Shown in pieces: positions 47,363 to 55,626 of a DNA stretch of 64,000 nt; position 1 is the first letter of the stretch, and the number at the start of each line of letters is the position of its first letter. The DNA comes from Patescibacteria group bacterium. Lineage in GTDB: Bacteria; Patescibacteriota; Patescibacteriia; Magasanikbacterales; GWA2-37-8. The stretch spans positions 343,296 to 407,295 of the forward strand of contig JAKLGL010000001.1 in the NCBI GenBank assembly GCA_022710645.1, written 5' to 3'. Below the pieces are notes generated by a model. The model was not told where the DNA came from. It was given only the letters and a program-made list of their open reading frames with translations, and did not search any database. Both the position numbers and the translations under genes were made by a program.

Positions 47363-48550
47363 TTATTCTTCTTTCTTTTCTTCCTTGGTCTCTTCTTTTT
47401 CTTCTTTTGTCTTTTTGTGTTTCTTTTCCGCTTTTTCTTCTTTTTCTCCAGTCTCTTTTTCGGCTTTCTTAGATTTACCTTTGACTCCGGCCACACGTAA
47501 ACCTAAGCGATGTTCAGTAGGTTCCAGAGAAACAACGGTGAAATCAACTTCTTGACCAATTTTGAATTTATTATGAATATTGGCGATAGGTTCGTCGGAA
47601 AGCTCGGAAATATGAGCCAAGCCGTGGATATCTTTGTCCAATCCGATCATCAAACCAAACGGTTCGATTTTCAAAATTTTACCTTTAACAGTGTCGCCAA
47701 TTTTATATTTTTCTTTTACCATTTTCCATGGATCATCAACTAAACGTTTCATGGAAAGATAAATTTTGGAATGATCAAGTTGAATAATCTGGGCATGTAC
47801 TCTATCTCCGACTTTGAGTAAATCTTTCGGATGATCGATACGTTGCCAAGCAATTTCAGAGATATGAATAAGACCTTCTAAACCATTGCCAAATTTGACG
47901 AAAGCGCCAAAAGAAGTAAGAGCAGAAACTTCTCCATCAACAGCATCGCCGACTTTATAAGCTTCCAAAACCGCTTTTTGAGCATCTTCCCAAACACTTT
48001 TTTCAGAAACTATAAGCTTTTCTTCGTTTTCATCAGCATCAATAACTTTTACTTCCAAATCTTTGCCGATAAGTTCTTGAAGTTTTTCCAAAATTCTATT
48101 TTTGTCTCCACCCATAACTCTCGGATAATGATCCGGATTAAGTTGAGAAACAGGCATAAAACCGGCAATAGCCCCGACTTGCATCATAATACCGCCTTTA
48201 TTAGCGGCCAAAACTTTAGCTTTGATAGTCAAGCCGTCTTTCATCCATTTACGTAAATTATCCCAAACACGTTGCATACCGGCAACTTTGAAAGAAAGTT
48301 CCATTTCGCCGTTTTCGTTTTCCAAATCAATGACAGTGCCTTCTACTTCATCTCCGGGTTTTAAATTGGCATATTCATGAGATTCGGTAAACATCTCAGC
48401 ACCACGCACGATAGCGGTAGTTACACCTTCAATATCGATACGCACTTCACCTTTATCAACGGAAATAACTTTTCCTTTGACAATATCCCCCACTTTGGGA
48501 AAATTAACCACATTTTCCGCCAAAAGTGTTTTAAAATCTTTGTTAGACAT
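47363..48550 (-). CDS. rpsA: 30S ribosomal protein S1 (four S1 domains, K/E-rich tail)
   Basis: repeated S1 OB-fold modules (GDIVKGKVISV..., VGDAVDGEVSALTSFGAFVKF..., IGDTVKGKILKIEPFGLMIGL...). Confidence 0.8.
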   Translation of the reverse strand: MSNKDFKTLLAENVVNFPKVGDIVKGKVISVDKGEVRIDIEGVTTAIVRGAEMFTESHEYANLKPGDEVEGTVIDLENENGEMELSFKVAGMQRVWDNLRKWMKDGLTIKAKVLAANKGGIMMQVGAIAGFMPVSQLNPDHYPRVMGGDKNRILEKLQELIGKDLEVKVIDADENEEKLIVSEKSVWEDAQKAVLEAYKVGDAVDGEVSALTSFGAFVKFGNGLEGLIHISEIAWQRIDHPKDLLKVGDRVHAQIIQLDHSKIYLSMKRLVDDPWKMVKEKYKIGDTVKGKILKIEPFGLMIGLDKDIHGLAHISELSDEPIANIHNKFKIGQEVDFTVVSLEPTEHRLGLRVAGVKGKSKKAEKETGEKEEKAEKKHKKTKEEKEETKEEKKEE

Positions 48551-48773
48551 ATATTAAAACAAAAAAATTCGCTTATCCCTTCCGCTTTTTTCTTCACGGA
48601 TAGAGTGTTAATCTCTAAATCGGATTAACTTATTTAAATGAATTTTAAAGTATTATACACAGTTTAACTAAACTTGTCAAGAGTTGGCTAATATTAGCCA
48701 ATTTTTATATACTTTTTGCCCTTGCGGACATTTAAAAATCATGATAAAATAATGACGAATAAATTCGTCTAGT

Positions 48774-48850
48774 TTAAAGTCCATAAAGTTCATAAAGTCC
48801 ATCAAGCCGTGACTTTATAGACTTTCGACTTTACAGACTTTTAACTTTTA
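48774..48850. repeat. inverted array of 9-bp repeats (ATAAAGTCC x3, then inverted GACTTTAYA x3) in the rpsA / 48855 divergent promoter region
   Basis: taaagtccataaagttcataaagtccatcaag...gtgactttatagactttcgactttacagactttta. Confidence 0.6.
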
Positions 48851-48854
48851 TATT

Positions 48855-49475
48855 ATGCACATAAACTGGCTCGGACAAACTTGCGTCAAATTGCAAACTA
48901 AAAATCTCAAAGATGAAGATATCGTTATTTTGATTAATCCTTACAAGCCCGACAGCGGTGATTTTCCTCGTAATTTTTCTCCGGATGTGGCTCTTTACAG
49001 TCATTCATCCAAGGATTCCGTCACTGTTTCCGATTCAGCTTTTATGGTAGAAACTCTCGGCGAATACGAAATCAAAGACAACATGATTTATGCTATCGCG
49101 GCCAATGAAAAAGAAATGATTTTCAAAATTTCAGCCGAAGGCATGAATATCGTTCACTTGGGAAGTATTAAAGAAAAAATTTCCGAACATATTATAGAGA
49201 AACTCGGCACTCCGGATATTCTTTTTGTGCCGGTCGGAGATGCGGGAAAAACCTTGGACCCGAAAGCGGCACGCGAAGTTGTGTCTATGCTTGAGCCGCG
49301 TGTAGTTATTCCCATCGCCTATCAATGCGATACCGATCCGAAAGCTCTGCCTATAGAAAATTTCATCAAAGAAAGTGGCTTAAAATCGGAAACAACCGAA
49401 AAGAAAATTATTTTAAAGAAAAAAGATTTGCCTCAAGAAGAAACAAAAATGTTTATTCTGGAGAAAAACTACTAA
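48855..49475 (+). CDS. MBL-fold metal-dependent hydrolase-like protein (UPF0173-like; His motif degenerate)
   Basis: MHINWLGQTCVKLQTK...ILINPY...IVHLGSIKEKI...LFVPVGDAGKTLDPKAAREVVSMLEPRVVIPIAYQ matches the UPF0173 layout. Confidence 0.45.
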   Translation: MHINWLGQTCVKLQTKNLKDEDIVILINPYKPDSGDFPRNFSPDVALYSHSSKDSVTVSDSAFMVETLGEYEIKDNMIYAIAANEKEMIFKISAEGMNIVHLGSIKEKISEHIIEKLGTPDILFVPVGDAGKTLDPKAAREVVSMLEPRVVIPIAYQCDTDPKALPIENFIKESGLKSETTEKKIILKKKDLPQEETKMFILEKNY

Positions 49476-49478
49476 ATT

Positions 49479-49916
49479 ATGAACAAAAAGAAAAACACGG
49501 AAAAAAACCAAGACAATTTGGAAAAATTCGCCGTTTTTTTCGAACAACAAAATTCCAAAGCTCCGGCCAAAAAACTGATGTGGGTCGGCGTTCTGATAGT
49601 CGCCGCGGGGATTTTTTCTTTTGTTGTTTACGCAACCAAATTACAGATCAACGCTTTTGCTTGGGATAAAACAACGCTTGAAATAAAAAACACTTTGGAA
49701 AATCAATGGTCTGAAAGTTTTGATAAAAAAGAAAAAGAACAAAATTTGGTTGAAATCAAAAAACAAATGGGAGAAATAGTTTCTCAGATAGTCAGTTCTA
49801 CCGCGAATGCTAATACAAATACTAACGCTCTGATTTCAACTACTACCGTTTCCACAACAACTTTATTATCAACCGGCACTATTCAAAATACTACCACTAT
49901 AAAAAATAAAAAATAA
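49479..49916 (+). CDS. hypothetical membrane-anchored protein with Thr/Asn-rich tail
   Basis: 145 aa; TM LMWVGVLIVAAGIFSFVVYA. Confidence 0.45.
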   Translation: MNKKKNTEKNQDNLEKFAVFFEQQNSKAPAKKLMWVGVLIVAAGIFSFVVYATKLQINAFAWDKTTLEIKNTLENQWSESFDKKEKEQNLVEIKKQMGEIVSQIVSSTANANTNTNALISTTTVSTTTLLSTGTIQNTTTIKNKK

Positions 49917-49923
49917 TTATTCT

Positions 49924-52413
49924 ATGGCTCAAGAAAAAATGAAATTGGTCAAAGGAGATATCGGTAGAATTACCGACGCTTCCCTTTCCGAGGAGGTAAA
50001 ACAGTCTTATTTGGAATACGCAATGAGTGTCATAGTTTCTCGCGCATTGCCAGACGTTCGTGACGGACTCAAACCCGTACATCGCCGTATTCTTTATGCT
50101 ATGTGGGATATCGGATTAAAACACACTTCTAAATTTCGCAAATCCGCTCATGTGGTCGGTGAGGTAATGGCTAAATATCACCCTCATGGAGACGCCGCTA
50201 TCTACGACTCTATGGTACGTATGGCTCAAGATTTTTCCATGCGTCATCAATTAGTCGACGGTCAAGGTAACTTCGGTTCCATGGATGGAGACGGTGCTGC
50301 TGCTATGCGTTATACCGAAGCGAAACTTAAAGCCCTAGCCGAAGAAATGCTCACTGACATAGAAAAAAGCACAGTCAATTTCGCTCCAACTTACGACGGA
50401 TCTCATAACGAACCAATGGTTTTACCTACCAAAGTCCCTAATTTACTTTTGAACGGCACTATGGGTATCGCGGTCGGTATGGCCACTTCTATCGCCCCTC
50501 ACAATTTGGGAGAATTATGTGACGGTATTATAAAACTTATAGAGGAACCTGAAACTTCTATTGAAGATTTATGTGAATTGATAAAAGGACCGGATTTTCC
50601 AACCGGTGGTATTATTTATAATAAAAAAGATATTTTTGCTTCTTTTGCCACAGGTAGAGGTGGTGTGGTTTTGCGAGCTAAAGCCGAAATAGAAGAAACA
50701 AAAGCCGGACAATTTCGTATAATCGTATCCGAAGTTCCTTATCAAATAAACAAAGCCGTACTGTTGGAAAAAATAGCGACTTTGGTTCAAGAAAAAAAGA
50801 TAGAAGGTATCAAAGATTTGCGTGATGAAAGTAATAAAGACGGAGTTCGCGTAGTCATTGAATTGAAAAAAGACGCTTATCCGAAAAAAATTCTCAATCA
50901 ATTATATAATCTTACCGAACTTCAAACTACATTTCATACCAACATGTTGGCGTTGGTTGATGGTATTCAACCTCGCGTACTCAATCTCAAAAGCGTTTTG
51001 GAAGAATTTATCAAACACCGTCAAGAAGTTGTCCGACGTCGCACTGAATTTGATTTGGATAAAGCCAAAGAACGTGCTCATATATTGGAAGGTCTCAAAA
51101 TGGCGCTTGATAAGATAGATTTGATAATAAAAACTATCAAAGCCAGTAAAGACAAAGAAGAAGCCAAAGCCAATTTGATGGAAAAATTCAAATTTACCGA
51201 ACGACAAGCTACCGCAATCTTGGAAATGAAACTTCAACAACTTGCCAATTTAGAAGCAAAGAAAATAGAAGATGAATTAAAAGAAAAGAAAGAGTTAATC
51301 AAAGAATTGGAGAGTATTTTGGCTTCTAAAACTAAAATATTCAAAATAATCAAGGATGAAACCGTGGAAATCAAAGAAAAATTCGCCGAACCACGCCGGA
51401 CACAGATAGTCGCTCACGGTATCAAAGATTTTACCGTGGAAGATTTGATTCCGAACGAACCGACTATGATCCTTATCACTACCGACGGTTATATCAAACG
51501 TATGCCGCCGGATACATTCCGCCAGCAAAGCCGTGGGGGTAAGGGTGTCATCGGTGTAACCACCAAAGAAGAAGAAGCAGTAGAACAACTTCAATCCACC
51601 AATACTCATGATAATATCTTATTTTTTACCAATCGCGGTCGTTGTTTTCAACTCATGGCTTATGATATTCCTCAAGCCTCTCGCACTGCCAAAGGACAAG
51701 CTTTGGTAAATTTCTTACAATTGGCGCCTAATGAAAAGGTCACCGCATTCCTCGCTATGTCTGATTTGGAAAAAATAAAATATTTGGTCATGGTAACTAC
51801 CAAAGGCACGATAAAGAAAACTCCGCTCGCTGATTTTTCCAATGTTCGCAAAAGCGGATTAATTGCTCTCAAAATAAAACCTGAGGACAATTTGGAATGG
51901 GTTAAACCAAGCACGGGAAAAGACGAAATAATGATTGCCACAAAGGAAGGACAATCTATACGCTTTGAAGAAAGCGATGTTCGTTCTATGGGCCGCACAG
52001 CTTCCGGGGTAAAAGGTGTACGATTACATGAAGGAGACGAAGTTGTCGGTATGGATATTATTAACCCGGAAAATAAAGAGTTAAAATTCCTGACAGTTGG
52101 CGAAAACGGATTAGGTAAACTTACCCCGCTTGACGAATATAAAGTTCAGGGACGCGCCGGTTCCGGGATAAAAACCGCTAAAGTCACGGAAAAAACCGGA
52201 CATATTATTCATGCCAGTGTTATTAATCCGACATTATCCGAAAACCAAGATATTATTCTCATGTCTGCAAAAGGGCAAGTTATTCGCATGCCTTTCAAAA
52301 CTATTCCGACAACCGGTCGAGCCACACAAGGTGTTCGTTTGATGCGTTTCAAAGAAGAAGGTGACAGGGTAGTTTCCGTAACCATGGTATTACAAGACAA
52401 AGAAGCTGAATAA
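49924..52413 (+). CDS. gyrA: DNA gyrase subunit A
   Basis: 829 aa; HRRILYAMWD, active-site Tyr region AAMRYTEAKL, GyrA box RQQSRGGKGVIGV in the CTD. Confidence 0.9.
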   Translation: MAQEKMKLVKGDIGRITDASLSEEVKQSYLEYAMSVIVSRALPDVRDGLKPVHRRILYAMWDIGLKHTSKFRKSAHVVGEVMAKYHPHGDAAIYDSMVRMAQDFSMRHQLVDGQGNFGSMDGDGAAAMRYTEAKLKALAEEMLTDIEKSTVNFAPTYDGSHNEPMVLPTKVPNLLLNGTMGIAVGMATSIAPHNLGELCDGIIKLIEEPETSIEDLCELIKGPDFPTGGIIYNKKDIFASFATGRGGVVLRAKAEIEETKAGQFRIIVSEVPYQINKAVLLEKIATLVQEKKIEGIKDLRDESNKDGVRVVIELKKDAYPKKILNQLYNLTELQTTFHTNMLALVDGIQPRVLNLKSVLEEFIKHRQEVVRRRTEFDLDKAKERAHILEGLKMALDKIDLIIKTIKASKDKEEAKANLMEKFKFTERQATAILEMKLQQLANLEAKKIEDELKEKKELIKELESILASKTKIFKIIKDETVEIKEKFAEPRRTQIVAHGIKDFTVEDLIPNEPTMILITTDGYIKRMPPDTFRQQSRGGKGVIGVTTKEEEAVEQLQSTNTHDNILFFTNRGRCFQLMAYDIPQASRTAKGQALVNFLQLAPNEKVTAFLAMSDLEKIKYLVMVTTKGTIKKTPLADFSNVRKSGLIALKIKPEDNLEWVKPSTGKDEIMIATKEGQSIRFEESDVRSMGRTASGVKGVRLHEGDEVVGMDIINPENKELKFLTVGENGLGKLTPLDEYKVQGRAGSGIKTAKVTEKTGHIIHASVINPTLSENQDIILMSAKGQVIRMPFKTIPTTGRATQGVRLMRFKEEGDRVVSVTMVLQDKEAE

Positions 52414-52419
52414 AAAAAT

Positions 52420-52466
52420 AAAATAAAAAATCTCTCGTCTAAATAAGACGAGAGATTTTTTATTTT
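52420..52466. terminator. bidirectional intrinsic terminator between gyrA and the FemAB gene
   Basis: tctctcgtc-taaataa-gacgagaga flanked by A- and T-runs. Confidence 0.65.
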
Positions 52467-52477
52467 ATACAGTGCTA

Positions 52478-53539
52478 TTATTTTTTTAACAACATCCTCA
52501 AAAACTTTATAAACCTGCCTACCGGTAGGCAGGCTTTTATAATTTTATAAACTCTATATTTTAAAGGTATTTCAAAAGTTCCGGGAGCTTTAAAATATTC
52601 TCCACCAAAACCAAGTTTAAATCTGGTCACGCCCGCATACTGATGTTTTTCGTCGTAAACCCATTCGTCGTCCGTACCTTTTACAACAGGTGCAATTCCA
52701 AAAAAATCATAATTTGCACAACCTTCTTTTTTGGCTTTATTTAAGCCAAAATCCTGTACCAAATATGGCGCCATTAAGCTACGATATTCATGGTCGGAAG
52801 CACCGTAAAGATAAGTAAATGTTTGACCAAAGCGGACAAACACGCCAGTGGCAATAGGTTTATTTTCAAAATAAATTATTACTTGTGAAACCATCTCGGA
52901 ATTTAAAACTTTTTCATAATGTTTTTTTTCATGAAGACGAAAAGCATCGCGCTCCCCTGTTCTTTTCATCAAATCCCAAAATATTTCCAAATCTTTTTTC
53001 TCTTCTACGCGTAAATCTTTTTTCTTGCTCAGTCCGATATTATATCTGGTTTTGGAATGCATGGCAGAAAGTATTTCTTCATAGCTCTTATCTAATTTTA
53101 AAATAAGAGTGTTGGAAGGGTTTACGTCTTTAACTTGAACCAATTTATGATTTTTGAATTCAGATTTTTGAATGATATTTGGTTCTATTCGCCAGAAGAC
53201 ACATTTTTTATCTTTTAAATACTGTGAAATAACATCCACGACATTGGTCATTGGGAACCTGCCTGCCGGTAGGCAAGGTTGGTCATTGGTCATTTTAATA
53301 ACCGGCCCTTTCGGACTAAAGGCGTATTTAAAACCAAACGGCAATTTTTCATAAACGACTAAAGCTACAGCTACATGTTCATTGCCTTCAAATAAAGCCA
53401 ATTTTTCCACTTCTTTTCCTTCTGTTAATAAAATATCGCCCCAAGCAAAAGACTGTTCAAAAGGGTTAAATTCAGAAAATTGAGATAAAAAACTATCCCA
53501 TTGTTCTTTGTTTAAATTTTGTTTAATTTCTAGAGCCAT
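52478..53539 (-). CDS. FemAB-family peptidyl/aminoacyl transferase (FemX/MurM-like)
   Basis: about 353 aa from MALEIKQNL (SD aaggaaatt); FemAB-like blocks (FAWGDIL, FSPKGPV, YLYGASDHEYRSLMAPYLVQ); contains two in-frame copies of the CCTGCCTRCCGGYAGGCAGG palindrome. Confidence 0.6.
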   Translation of the reverse strand: MALEIKQNLNKEQWDSFLSQFSEFNPFEQSFAWGDILLTEGKEVEKLALFEGNEHVAVALVVYEKLPFGFKYAFSPKGPVIKMTNDQPCLPAGRFPMTNVVDVISQYLKDKKCVFWRIEPNIIQKSEFKNHKLVQVKDVNPSNTLILKLDKSYEEILSAMHSKTRYNIGLSKKKDLRVEEKKDLEIFWDLMKRTGERDAFRLHEKKHYEKVLNSEMVSQVIIYFENKPIATGVFVRFGQTFTYLYGASDHEYRSLMAPYLVQDFGLNKAKKEGCANYDFFGIAPVVKGTDDEWVYDEKHQYAGVTRFKLGFGGEYFKAPGTFEIPLKYRVYKIIKACLPVGRFIKFLRMLLKK

Positions 53540-53676
53540 AATTTCCTTTATCTTACTCAAAAATTTAAAAAAAAGCAAATCCAGACATACCACTTGCCAA
53601 AACCTGACTTTTGATATATAATTGAAGCAAATCGCTTCCAAACGCGAAAATTTTAATGTTATTTAACTAAAAATAT

Positions 53677-53874
53677 ATGGGTTTACCTGGTCATCGTCGA
53701 ACTTCTTCGGACAAACGAAAGAGATCGGCTCATTTTGCTCTAAAAGCCACAACTATGAACGCTTGCCCGAAATGCGGGAAAGCTACTCGTCCGCATCGCG
53801 CTTGCGCTTTTTGCGGTACTTACAAAGGAAGACAAATCACCAAAGTCGGTAAAAAATTAAACAAGAAAAAATAA
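53677..53874 (+). CDS. rpmF: 50S ribosomal protein L32
   Basis: 65 aa; [18 protein letters not shown]...[25 protein letters not shown] zinc-ribbon L32. Confidence 0.8.
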   Translation: MGLPGHRRTSSDKRKRSAHFALKATTMNACPKCGKATRPHRACAFCGTYKGRQITKVGKKLNKKK

Positions 53875-53885
53875 TTCTTTATATT

Positions 53886-54422
53886 ATGTCCAATCGCCAC
53901 TTAGCCCGCAGTATTGCGATGCAAGTTTTGTTTGAATGGGATTTCCGTGGAAAAGAACAAAAATCACTCGGTCATATAGTAGAACACGATTTGACCGAAT
54001 TTGGCGCAGGATTAAACGAAAAAGATTTTACTCTTTCTTTGGTAAACGGAGTTATCGACAATCTGGAACAAATAGATGCTTTGATTTCTCAATATGCTCC
54101 TTCCTGGCCGATAGAGCAAATCACCAATATCGACAGAAATGTCTTGCGTTTGGGTATTTATGAATTAAAATTTGCCGAAGAAGTTCCTCCAAAAGTAGCT
54201 ATAAACGAAGCTATTGAATTGGCCAAAAGTTATGGCGGTCCTTCTTCTGGAAAATTCGTCAACGGAGTATTGGGCTCTATTTACAAAGATATTCCCGAAG
54301 ATGAAAAAATAGCCTTGGAAGAAAAAACTAAAAAGAAGGCGGATCCCCTCACCGAACAAAGTTCTGGCGATAAAGCTAAAGACGAAACTCTTGATGAAGA
54401 AACTCCAAATATTGAAAAATAA
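53886..54422 (+). CDS. nusB: transcription antitermination factor NusB (with acidic C-terminal extension)
   Basis: [18 protein letters not shown]-terminus typical of NusB. Confidence 0.75.
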   Translation: MSNRHLARSIAMQVLFEWDFRGKEQKSLGHIVEHDLTEFGAGLNEKDFTLSLVNGVIDNLEQIDALISQYAPSWPIEQITNIDRNVLRLGIYELKFAEEVPPKVAINEAIELAKSYGGPSSGKFVNGVLGSIYKDIPEDEKIALEEKTKKKADPLTEQSSGDKAKDETLDEETPNIEK

Positions 54423-54433
54423 TTTTACCCTTT

Positions 54434-55237
54434 ATGCCGATCAAGAAAAATATTATTAAAATCAAAAAGCAAAATTTACGAGAACTTCCTGAAATAGCGG
54501 AGCGTAATTTTGAAATTTTAGAAGAAAAAATCGGTATTAAATTCAAAAATTTTGAATATCTAGTTCAAGCGTTTGTCCATCGTTCTTATCTCAACGAACA
54601 TCATGATTTTCCTCTTTCTCACAATGAACGACTGGAGTTTTTGGGTGATGCGGTGGTTGAACTCATTGTAACCGAACATCTTTTCAATGAATACGGTAAC
54701 CCCGAGGGCGAGCTAACCAATTGGCGCGCAGCTTTGGTAAACGCCAAAATCCTCTCCTCTATCGCCTATGAGATAGGCACTGAACCATTTCTCTTTTTGA
54801 GTCACGGCGAATCCAAAGACGCCGGCACCAAAGCTCGCGATTATATCATGGCCAATTTGTTTGAAGCGCTGGTCGGGGCGATTTATCTAGATCAAGGATA
54901 TGAAGCTACTACTAAATTTTTACAAACCTGGGTATTGCCAAAATTACCCTATATTTTAGAAAATGGCTTATATTTGGACCCTAAAAGCAGGTTCCAAGAA
55001 AGCGCTCAGGAGCTGGTTGGAGTAACGCCGACTTACAAAGTTATCAGTGAAGAAGGTCCGGATCATGCCAAAAATTTCAAAGTCGGAGTTTATCTGGACA
55101 AAGAATTGGTGGCCGAAGGAAACGGCACCAGCAAACAAGAGGCTCAAACAGAAGCTGCAGAAATAGCACTCAAAACCAAAGGATGGAAAGGCCCGAAGAT
55201 AGATATTATTAAGAGAAAATCTGGTGATCCTATTTAA
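54434..55237 (+). CDS. rnc: ribonuclease III
   Basis: RNase III signature ERLEFLGDAVVELIVTEHLF plus C-terminal dsRBD. Confidence 0.85.
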   Translation: MPIKKNIIKIKKQNLRELPEIAERNFEILEEKIGIKFKNFEYLVQAFVHRSYLNEHHDFPLSHNERLEFLGDAVVELIVTEHLFNEYGNPEGELTNWRAALVNAKILSSIAYEIGTEPFLFLSHGESKDAGTKARDYIMANLFEALVGAIYLDQGYEATTKFLQTWVLPKLPYILENGLYLDPKSRFQESAQELVGVTPTYKVISEEGPDHAKNFKVGVYLDKELVAEGNGTSKQEAQTEAAEIALKTKGWKGPKIDIIKRKSGDPI

Positions 55238-55291
55238 CCGAGCTTAGCCCCTCACCAATGAATTTTATAAAAAATAAAATTTATTGGTGAG

Positions 55292-55364
55292 GGGTCGCTA
55301 GCTCAGCTGGTAGAGCAGGTCCCTCTTAAGGACAAGGTCCGGAGTTCGAATCTCCGGCGACCCA
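55292..55364 (+). tRNA. tRNA-Lys(CUU)
   Basis: Acceptor GGGTCGC/GCGACCC, D stem GCTC/GAGC, anticodon loop CTCTTAA (U33, CUU, A37), 5-nt variable loop, T arm CGGAG-TTCGAAT-CTCCG, discriminator A; no CCA. Confidence 0.85.
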
Positions 55365-55410
55365 CTAAAAAATAACTTCTCATTTATGAGGAGTTATTTT
55401 TTATTATGTT

Positions 55411-55547
55411 GAGCCGGAGATTCGAACAAAGGGGTGGTGGGGAAAGTATTTCCCCACATTACCGAGGAGGAGCTGTTGAGGAACCCGAAGGTTCCTCAAG
55501 GAGGAGGCCAAAGGCCGACGACGTTCGATTCCTCCGGCGACCCACTA
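55411..55547. repeat. tRNA-Lys-derived fragments: inverted T-arm copy (55411..55427) and direct 16-nt 3'-end copy ctccggcgacccacta (55532..55547) bracketing GC-rich hairpins
   Basis: exact 16-nt identity with 55352..55367, extending 3 nt past the tRNA end; rc of 55411..55427 equals gttcgaatctccggctc. Confidence 0.6.
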
Positions 55548-55582
55548 TCCCACCCCTGTACACAGGGGCGGGATTTATTTAA

Positions 55583-55620
55583 TCAAAAACCGCTCCTATT
55601 TATTAGGAACGGTTTTTATT
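55583..55620. terminator. intrinsic terminator at the 3' end of the giant gene (works on both strands)
   Basis: aaccgctccta-tttat-taggaacggtt with A-run before and T-run after. Confidence 0.6.
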
Positions 55621-55626
55621 ATTTTT

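Noticed and set aside
52478-53641. Extended N-terminus of the FemAB gene from 53641
   Set aside because: The upstream 34 codons have no SD and are hydrophobic and low-complexity, whereas the Met at 53539 has an AAGGA SD and aligns with family N-termini.
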